Below, piece by piece: positions 52,101 through 61,678 of a stretch of DNA of 64,000 nucleotides. Position 1 is the first letter of the stretch. Each line of letters begins with the position of its first letter. The notes under the pieces were generated by a model. The model did not search any database and was not told where the DNA came from. It worked only from the letters and a program-made list of their open reading frames with translations. Source of the DNA: Iphione sp. A-MEVVRFRX5 (taxonomy: Eukaryota); the NCBI GenBank assembly GCA_976226885.1, contig OZ320322.1, forward strand, positions 37,076,001 to 37,140,000, in the 5' to 3' direction. Position numbers and translations under genes: made by a program.

Positions 52101-55100
52101 TAGAGGGGCTGACTACGGAAAAGTGGGAATTCTTTAACAAGAATAATCAAAGCAAGACTACGGGAGTATTGGTGGTCTCAACGTGAATATCAGCGGGAAG
52201 TAGATGAGTACCTCTCAGAGAGATTAATGAAAATAGATACAAGACATATGTCGAAAGATCACTGTAGGTAACAGGGACGTCTTTCATTTCCAAAACAAGA
52301 GGAGTCTAAATTATGTATGCATGTATATGTTACTAGATAAAGTGATCTCAGAATTGTGGTAGAATTCAACAGTACATATGTGTAAATGTATATTCATACC
52401 ATAACAGAGATGATCTAACGATGTAATCATTATCGCGCACATGTAATAAATACAGTGACATAACAAATATTCTACGTTATAACACTATTTAAACTGCGGT
52501 TTCTCTTCTCCTGAAATTCTCATTTAGTCCTTTAGAAATTGCTCTTAGGATATTAATCATGTTTTTGTACTTGCAGGACACAAATTGACCCAAATAATGC
52601 TCTTTAAAGGCCCGATACAAAAGCCCCCAATCCCATTTCCGTTCTCTATTGGTTCGTTCATTTTTGTTGAGGTTGCCTTCAGAGATAATGAAATTTCCTC
52701 GAAAGATGACAAGAGGAGATCTAATTGTTGAGTGTTGCAGAATCCTAGTTCCCTCCCCATCGACAAAACACCCTCCACATCTCTCTCTTCCCATCTCCTA
52801 TCACTTCACCGTCCCAGAATCTCTCTCCTTCGGAGCTCTTCCCACCTTAGGCTATTAGTTGCTGATAATAGAATTAATAAGCTGTAAACCCTGGGTCCCA
52901 GAGGACTGGCATGTAGTCTTGGTTGTGTTTATTAATGGTTGGAGGAGGCGTGCTGGCATCCCGGGCACCTATTCACGTCGCCTGCCTCTGCCAACAGCCA
53001 ATGGTGTGCGGCACCTCCGACTACCCTGCCACCTGTCGGCAAGCGAAGAGATATCTTCCATCTCTGGTATGAAGCAGTGCCATCAATGTCAGTGCATTTA
53101 GTTCAGTATTCGGCCATCTCTCTGTACCCTTGCACAATTGGCAATAATTATCAGATGTTTTCCCAATTTAGATACTTATCGCCATATATCCAAACATTAC
53201 ATCTTTTTATATAATGAGGCAGATCCTTGTCCCTTCTTTAATAAGTGCGTGACATTACTTCTATTCGAGGTCAAAAGGTGCAAGTTATGAACATAATTTA
53301 CTGTGCAACTGAAAAAAAAACGTATGTCTACAAGGAAAAACGAGACAAGGTGAGAGACACTGATAAAATTACCCCTTGTGGGGTAGATATATATGGCCCC
53401 CACACACACTCAATATAATTGCTTAAAGCCTTTATTCTCTTTCTTATTCAGTATCGAATAATACATGTACTGATAATAGACGAAACGACCCCTTAGTCAG
53501 CGAAAGTCAAAGAAGTGCATCAACTGGTACCTGAGAAGGTGAAAAAAGACTCAGAAAAGTGACCATAAATGGGACAGGGTCTGGTCTTGGAACAAAAAGC
53601 CATGGTACATGTGTAGTAGCAAGAGGAACAATTAACAAAACTACATAATACTGAGTGAAAGGTCAGTCAAAAGTATAATTTCCTCAGAAGGACAAAGTCT
53701 ATAGATTGTACGAACTCAAAAGCAAGGGACTCATTATCTGAACATTGGTTGTCAATGATGAATTATCATGGAAGAAATAATGGTCCAAGACAAGCCAAAA
53801 ATAGTCTTCGAGTAAATATTCTATCGCAATTATATTTCTGCATCCACCTAATTAAAAATAGCACGAAAACTTTGATTGTAATGTTAGATTTCGTTTACTT
53901 CTACGGGGAATCGAACGTACATCTGTGAATAAACGGAACAATTTTAAGATCGGGATATTTTCTGTCTTAATGGTGAACAACGTGACGCATAAACTTATAC
54001 AGATGCTAAACTAGGGGATAATTTCGGGTGTGAAGGAGCGAATGAGAGTGTATGGTATACAGATATTAAGCTACGTCTATGGCTGTTTACGGGGATAACT
54101 AGTGGCGCCATCTGCATCCGCAAGGACAAAGGACTCCAGAGAAAATAGGCTTTATACCTTATAAGTAAGGATTCGTTCACCATAGTATTAGTTGAATAGG
54201 GTGAGCCTAGCAGGACCAAATTTATCATTTATTTAAGCACCTTTGAATTACCAGATGAAATTTATAGTCACAAATTCGTTACACGCCAATTCATTCCGAA
54301 TTTCGATAAGCAACGTGAGTTTTCTTATGCCCTGCGAAGTTTGTCCCTAGTTTTCTCTAGTCAACGCCTTTCGTATGTTGTTTGCTTTTTTAAATTTCAC
54401 CCAAATAAGTATTCGTGAGATTAAATTTGGATAAATAGTTTTTTGAGTATGGGCTCTTTCGGAGAAGAAATGGTTCAGCTCTACGTATCTCTTAAATAAT
54501 AAACTGGTATTTGCCCAGCAGTCCGATATTTGGGGGGATCTGCCCGACCCTTCTCCCTTATTTTCGTTCGATCGACCATTGTTGATTCCAGCGTGCCAAT
54601 ATACCCAGCCCCCTATAACATGCAAGTCCATGTCCCGAGATCACGTTTCAGCAGGTTTAATAAACCAGCCCCCTTCCCTTCATCCTCCCACTGCCCTTCC
54701 CCACCCCGGGGGCAGTCAAGGGATGCGGGCCCGAGCTCAGCCGACCATGCCCCGGCCGGTCAGCGGCCGTGTGGGGGGAAGCCAGGCCGGCCCGTTGACA
54801 TGGCTGACGGCTGACTGACCCACATAGTCCGCCACCTCCTACTCCAAGTACTATCTAAAGCCGCCGCCTCCGCCGCCGCCGGTGATTTATGTCCGTCTGG
54901 ACCGGCACCAAAACACACATAAAGAGGTCAGAAACTGGCGTGAGGTGCATGTACAAGATGGCTCCCCCCTGGTTTAGCTACTTCTACTCCCACACAAACA
55001 TTAGTGGACCGGAGTTCGTTTCGCTCGATGAAGTGCACGTTTTGCAAAGATTTTTTTTTTCTTTTCCATGTTGGGGGCCATTTTTTCCCCGTTTATTTTA

Positions 55101-58100
55101 ATCATTCACGATCTGTTATGGCGCGGAGATAAAGTGTCGGAATCTGAACATGATGGGGACGCTGGGAAGGACAACTAAGAATATTTGGGAGAGTTTCAAA
55201 ATAAAGATAGAAATAAAAATGTACAAAAAATGTTAATCGAAAATGATAAAATGCCACGACGAGAACACATTAAAAAATCCATTTCTTTGGCTTCAAACCA
55301 AATTGATGCGTGACACCACAAATAATGCACTAGTGTGTGTGCTTTTTCATGGTCTTGTGCTTACCGAATTGTGAATTCCCTAGCGCGGAGGAATGGATGA
55401 ACATCCCAAACAAACACGCTCACAGATCCAATTCGATCAAAAGCCAAAAGAATTCTCCTCAACCCCATTGTTACTTGCGAGAAGAAAATTTCGTTCAGGA
55501 CAATTTGACGCTCTTTTACATGTATATATCTGTTAAACAGACAGTGTAAAAAGGGTTGGAGATGGGGCATAAATAGAAGAAAGCGAGAAAATGGAGAAAC
55601 GGGAAGAAAGAGAAAAAGAGAGACGAAAGGACAGACAGAGAGAACCTGAGAAAACTGCAAGAGACATTCAGAAAAAGCAGGAGAGAGTAAGAATGACAGA
55701 AATTAACGAAGGAGACAGTGAGCGAGTATAAAAATGAGACTGAGACAGATAAGGGATAGTGGCGTATGTACTGCCCCTACCACGACAGTATTGCCAAATC
55801 AACCGTTGATTTTTCTCTTGAACAAGAATAAATACTAAATGGTTCGATGCAATACATTCCTTCCTCTTCAGCTAGGAGGAAATAAACATTTCTACAGGAA
55901 AGTGCATTATTTCGTCACAGTTCCACCAGCGATCCTCTTTTACATGTATATTGTATCTTTTCGTATTTTATTCCAGTCGAGTTTCCCATAGAAATATATG
56001 CAAGATCTCTTCTTTATTTGACTGATTTTGTCACCTTGCGAAGGGATTGAAATCGAAGAAAATACATGTACAATGTATATGTACATGTATATAGCACGCC
56101 CCTTATTGCGGCTACCCCTTGTTCCTCTTATAACCTGTCCACATTAGAACTTATTCTCTTCATGTGTCATATTTCCTCTTATATTTTTTAAATTCTCCCC
56201 TTATCTGGGTCTGCCCTCCTTATGCGTTTGCTCCGAGAGGGGAGCATACCGTTAATTTGTGCATGGATATGTAGGGCAGGAAAGGGAAGGAGACAGTGTG
56301 GCGCAGACCCACGTAGTGGGTCAGTAGCTAGCGTAGATATACGTGGTAGCAGACAAACATCGTAGGGCGATAGTTGAGTTAACCCAGCAGCCCGTAAGCA
56401 GTAGCATCCACCCTCCCCCCCCCCCCACCATCCCACTTGGTCTCCAGGGTCAACTTGTCAAAACAAGGTCGACAGCGGCGTGGTAACATCGGCGGCGACC
56501 GCGACCGGCAGGCCAGCTCCGGTATCAGCCTGCTACAAAGTAGATACAAGAGGCGTAAAGAGGATACAAAGCCATCCGAACCCCTCTCAACGGTGTCAAC
56601 AAGCCGCCCATACCCCTACCAATGACCCTTACTTATTGTTTTTATAAATAATGCGGTCTACGGTGCCTCTCCGGATATGTGTCGATAATTTGTGTACATT
56701 TAGCTAAGAATTGGCCATGTCTTTTTGCTCGAAATGGAAATTCCTGGTTTTTCCCAACGTTATGTGTTGAAAAAGGTTAATATATATGTACAGATATACA
56801 AAAAACTCCCTTCACATTGAATATATATATACATGTATATATGTATGCACGAGTATTTAGTAAATGTACCTTAAGTATACGCGGCAACTGAAGACATGTC
56901 CGTGCATTTACATATCTAGTTTAACAGACTGATATGTATGAATTGATGTGGCACGTTTGACCTCCAAACGGGATAGGCCAGTATAATATAGCCTTGTCTA
57001 GCTCCACTAAGTTTCTTCACGATAAAGTCGGTAGGAATGCTACAGATTTGAATGCGAAGCATGGTTAGGCATGTCCTCGGATCCACACTGAAGGAAAACG
57101 GACTTGAATGCTTCCTTTCACTGCCAAGTGGAGAAAAGATGAACAAAAACAACCCTTTCGCACTTAGCTGTACGAATGGACATGTTTCTGGGGGTCTGTT
57201 AAGGTAAAGAAAAAGCGACTTTCGCGAGAGATCCTTTTAATCATCTCCTCCCCTTTACCCCGCCTAGTTTTTGCCAGTAGCCTTTTCAAAAGGAATCGAA
57301 AATTCAACGCTCAGGTGTCTGAATGACAAATTTCTGATTGACATCTCTTGCCATCATGGTCTGAATGTGAAGGCCGACGGGCTGCTCCGTTTACGAGCAC
57401 TCAAAACCGGAATGTTGATGAAAGAGGGCCTACATGTCCCACCATGAAAGTCGATTGGTTCGTATCGGTATGAATGGGTTGGCAGTTAACATCGATGGGG
57501 GAAAAAACCTTTAAATGTGCATTCTGTTATCTAGCAATACACGTCCTCGGCTATAGATCCCAACATTCAGTCGCAATCTTCTCTCATCCAAATGAATTTC
57601 ATTCGAAGATTGGGCAATTTGGGAGGAAATGTAGCTGATTTTGTATTTTTATGGGCCATCGTTAATTCGACGTCTGTGTGGTATCGTAAAAAACTGTCAC
57701 ACAAATGGACAAAGGTCCCCTTTGTGCAGACACGACTGTAGTTGCGTTCAGTGCAGACTTTTGCGTCTTGAGGGCGAGTTTTTCTCGGGTCGCCCATCCC
57801 CGTCTCCGGTCGTGGGCCTGGAGCCTAAACCCGGAGTTGTTCGGCCTGTCGATGCCAGCCCAACCGGAGACCTGTCCCCCCCTCTCTCCCCGCCTCAATC
57901 AATGCTGCGAGAGATCAGGCGTAACGCGCGAGGCGCGACAGCCAACGGCCGGCCAAGGTTTGTTCAATGTGCCATACCAAGCAGACGCCTTAAGGGCCAC
58001 AGTGTGTGAACAATTCATTTAGAGTTCCTCTTGCTTCCTTCGCCCATCCCAGCAGGAGTTGTGTGTGTGTCGGGGGAGGGGGGCGGGGGGGGGGGGGGTC

Positions 58101-58488
58101 AGCGACCCAGTAACCCTGGGAACTGACATACGCGCTCCGACTGGTCACAACTGTTTCTATGCCCACAGCTGCTACTGCTGCTAGGGATGTATTAGAAGGA
58201 TAGAAGCATGTGGAAACATTCCTCGCCATAGCAACCAGAGCAGTCCAAGTCCACCCATCAGACAGGCATCCCACCGACACACCCTACCCCCATCCAAATC
58301 TCACCCCCGGCTTCAAGCTTATAGCTGGCGGTGGCCATACAGACAGGGTATCAGGGCTCAGCTCTAATTAACCAACCCCCCAACAACCCCAAACTACAAT
58401 ATCCCTAATGGATCCAGCGCGGACTTTCCACTCATTCCGGTAAGCACCAGACTAATCCCTTCCAGCAAACACCCCCGCCCATCACTAG

Positions 58489-59031
58489 TGTAACACAAAA
58501 GGACGGATTCAACCCAGGTTCTTCGGAATTCTTCTTTATTCTTCCTAGGAGCACATGGTAGTACAGGTACTCTGTGTGGTGGTCAGCTCCCTTCTGGCCA
58601 GGGGCCTTTGTTCTCTGCCCCAGCTCTGTCTCCGGTGCTCTGCGCACACTACCTCGCTGGAGGGGTTCATTTATACTGACCGGGAGTGACGCTAGTCACG
58701 CCACCCGAAGGTTTACATTTCTGGGGGCGTATCTCGCTAGTTGTGGTTGACTACGTTTTCATTTGTTATTGGGCCGTACGCCTCCCGATCAGTTTCATTG
58801 ATACCCCTCGTCAGGTTCCACCTATTGTGTACCTTTGCGCTAAATGTTAATATATGTAAATGAGTATACGCTACGAAAAGATATGTAAATGTAATGGAAG
58901 GGCATTGTCTATCACGTACCTTTTGTACCTGATACTAACGCATATAAATACATATGCTACACACTAAACATAGTGTAAGTGAATAAAACAAAAGGTACTT
59001 ATATACTTCATAAAACACACACTGTGTTACA
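58489..59031 (-). mobile_element. 3' LTR (543 bp)
   Basis: Perfect 9-bp terminal inverted repeats TGTAACACA (58489) and TGTGTTACA (59031). Minus-strand TATAAAT at 58675-58669 and AATAAA at 58540-58535. Directly preceded by the PPT. Confidence 0.88.
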
Positions 59032-59042
59032 GTGCCCTCCCC
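59032..59042 (-). other. Polypurine tract
   Basis: Minus strand GGGGAGGGCAC immediately 5' of the LTR start TGTAAC. Confidence 0.75.
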
Positions 59043-59390
59043 GGGCCGAATCTTTTTTGGGGCCCTTCCAAAATACTACGGGAGCATACCACCTAGTGAC
59101 CACTTGTAGTTTGGTATACAAGTAATGAGACATAGACAAATTCATGGGTATACACTGATAGGAGTACAAAAGAGTATAATTAATATTAGGTTAAATATTT
59201 GTGCACAATAACTGTGATCTCCAACATCATCGTTTCACTCTCAGTCCTGTTATTTCGGTACCGATTCCAATCTCCAAGCTCTGATAAGTCTTTGGTCACA
59301 CTAGTCAGTGTGTTTCACCAATGTTCATGTCAGTTCACGCTTATCACCGTCGTTCAGGAAATGTTCATTTCCCAGCAAACCACTGTGTGC

Positions 59391-61661
59391 TCATCGGCTC
59401 GTCCTCACAGTAGTTCTCATAGCGACACGTCTCAGTTTCTTGGGATGAACAGCATCAGCTGAATCAGAAGAGTCACTGAAAGGTTGTTTGAGCATAGCAG
59501 TCTTATCATCACTATCAGCAGGAACAGTAACATCACCATCAGACAGTATACGAGCAGCAGCATTAGTTAGAGCATGGCTTTTATCGAAAGGTTGAGATAG
59601 TAATACAGTTTGTTCAGTCTCTGGAGAAAATGATATTTCATCATGACGTCTGCCAGTCCTCGCGGGAGACTTGGATGGCTCTTCCTTTACCACGACTTCA
59701 TCCTCCTGCTCCAAAGGCAGGAAGGGTAGCATCTTCTTGACAGCAAATTTGAATAACCACCTTCTTTTCAGGAACATCACAATGATAACCACTAGGATGA
59801 GTAAGATTACACCTGCTATCACAATGTAGGGGACATGAGAGGTTTCAAGATTCATATGGTCCTTTGACCTGGCATTATCTAACATAGAGATGAGAGAATC
59901 GATGGGTTCATCTTGAATTGGAGGGAGTTGGTTTAAGTCAAGTTTAACATCAAAATTGTGATTTTTCATTGGTTGCCAAATGGGTAAGGTTGAAAGATTC
60001 CTTCTAATAGGAGTCCTAATTCGAGTTTCACGTACAACTTCATATTCCAAGCGATCTTCAAAGTATATGGGAAGTTCAAGTTTGTCTGTGATAGCTCTAC
60101 AACCAGACTCAAGGGTAACAATACTGAAAGGAGTTTGAACCATGATACGTTCTTCCAAATCCGTACCAACACAAAGCTTCCTTAGGTAAAACTCTTGGTT
60201 CGTAGCTACTAACCATTGTCCCTTTGAGACATACCTGGCCAACGGTAGTTTCAGTTTATTAGTAACAGTAGTTTTACACAATTCTCTAATCTTATTCAAA
60301 TCTCTTTGGTACAAGGCTAATGTACAATACTTATGGTGGTTCATTTCATATACCGCAGATGTCATTGAGCAAAAGTTTATATCTGGTTTACCACATTCAA
60401 TTTGATCTTCTAATGTCAACACAGTATATTGTTTACCGTCAACACTAACAGCAAAGTTCTTGAACTCTAATTCATATTCAGCAGTCACATTGGATGTTTT
60501 AAAGGGTACAGGGAGGCTAATAGCCTCTTTAACTCGAAACTGTTTCGCCACGTCAAGTAAAGGTATCTCTAGTGTTATTACCAGTTGATCACGCAAGGCC
60601 ATCGTATTAGTCTTTAAGATTGTATAATAATACCAAGGTTTTTCTCTGGGGTCTCGGGGTAGCATTAATTGGGGTGGTAACTCAACTTCTATAGATTTCA
60701 GAACTTGCACCAACTCAGGGGCTGGTAAAAGGTTCGGGGACAGTTTCTTCATGGATAGTTTTGAAACTTTAGCATGTAAGTCTGTAACCAAAGCTGTTTC
60801 TGCAATAATTAAATCTCTCACAATATTAAGGTTGACCTGTGTCTGGGCCTGTGTGATCGTGAACCTTTGTAAGGGGATAATAGCTCCAATGAGGTGTCTA
60901 TAACTCTGTTGCCATGCCTCGACTAAATTTCCCACCTTTTCGATTATCTGATTAATAGCATGACGGTTTTCTTGTACTTCCATTTTGGTCATGTTTATGA
61001 GTGACAGGCTTTTGGAAAGCACATGGCGAATTACTTGTTGTCTTTCTCTTAAGTCATTTACTTCCCTTTGTAAAGCCTTTGTCTCAAAATAGGCTATCCC
61101 ACTAAATATCCCTGCAGCTAAGGAAACAAAACGTTTTGGTCTCACGGGTACACCTTGTCTATTTGCCTGTCGTGATTCCTCTAACTCACTATGTCCTATT
61201 CCTTTTATTTCCTGGAAGTCTAACCAGTTTTTGTCATGAAGCTTTCGTAATGCCACAAGTTCATGTGCCTGAGATCGGGTAATGTTATAGTAGTACATCG
61301 CTTTTAATGAGTCCCCATCGTCAAAACTCGTGTTCGCAGCTTGATAGGCTTGATATTTATATGTTGCATCTTGAAACCTGGAGCTAAAGTAATCATTGGC
61401 CACTTTGGTTATCTGGTCTGCTTCGTCAATGGTCCGGTTGATGTATAAAAAGTAGTTCTCGTATGCCTGTAGGTCAAGCACCAGTCCTACAAGCCATCTG
61501 GATCGAGTAGTATGTATTTCGGCCTTTGACCGGAAGAATACATGCTCAACTCCTTCACGCATGAGGCTCCCATGAGCCAAATGGAGGATGATCAGCAGCA
61601 ACCTAGAGGAACCAAAAGAAAGGTACCTATCAGGACCTTGAGTATGGTTTTCTGGTCGCAT
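59391..61661 (-). CDS. env: Env-like class I viral fusion glycoprotein (F-protein-like)
   Basis: ORF track start at 61682 is GTG; first ATG is 61661. Hydrophobic signal-like LLLIILHLAHG; furin site RPKR (61142-61131) followed by hydrophobic fusion peptide FVSLAAGIFSGIAYF; heptad-rich helix; Cys-rich ectodomain; NxT/S sequons; TM VPYIVIAGVILLILVVIIVMFL then KRR; cytoplasmic tail. Confidence 0.9.
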   Translation of the reverse strand: MRPENHTQGPDRYLSFGSSRLLLIILHLAHGSLMREGVEHVFFRSKAEIHTTRSRWLVGLVLDLQAYENYFLYINRTIDEADQITKVANDYFSSRFQDATYKYQAYQAANTSFDDGDSLKAMYYYNITRSQAHELVALRKLHDKNWLDFQEIKGIGHSELEESRQANRQGVPVRPKRFVSLAAGIFSGIAYFETKALQREVNDLRERQQVIRHVLSKSLSLINMTKMEVQENRHAINQIIEKVGNLVEAWQQSYRHLIGAIIPLQRFTITQAQTQVNLNIVRDLIIAETALVTDLHAKVSKLSMKKLSPNLLPAPELVQVLKSIEVELPPQLMLPRDPREKPWYYYTILKTNTMALRDQLVITLEIPLLDVAKQFRVKEAISLPVPFKTSNVTAEYELEFKNFAVSVDGKQYTVLTLEDQIECGKPDINFCSMTSAVYEMNHHKYCTLALYQRDLNKIRELCKTTVTNKLKLPLARYVSKGQWLVATNQEFYLRKLCVGTDLEERIMVQTPFSIVTLESGCRAITDKLELPIYFEDRLEYEVVRETRIRTPIRRNLSTLPIWQPMKNHNFDVKLDLNQLPPIQDEPIDSLISMLDNARSKDHMNLETSHVPYIVIAGVILLILVVIIVMFLKRRWLFKFAVKKMLPFLPLEQEDEVVVKEEPSKSPARTGRRHDEISFSPETEQTVLLSQPFDKSHALTNAAARILSDGDVTVPADSDDKTAMLKQPFSDSSDSADAVHPKKLRRVAMRTTVRTSR

Positions 61662-61678
61662 ATCACGAGGGTTAATTC

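Noticed and set aside
35100-58400. miR-993 / miR-10 hairpin, expected near Hox3-Hox4
   Set aside because: Scanned by eye for TACCCTGTAG / CTACAGGGTA and the GAAGCTCG arms. Only partial hits were found (e.g. 39188, 46748), with no matching hairpin. May lie outside the window; an Infernal search would be decisive.
1-58400. DR5 retinoic acid response elements
   Set aside because: No RGKTCA-N5-RGKTCA found by eye; only a DR1-like GGGTCAAAGGTCT at 26011-26023 (minus), too weak to call.
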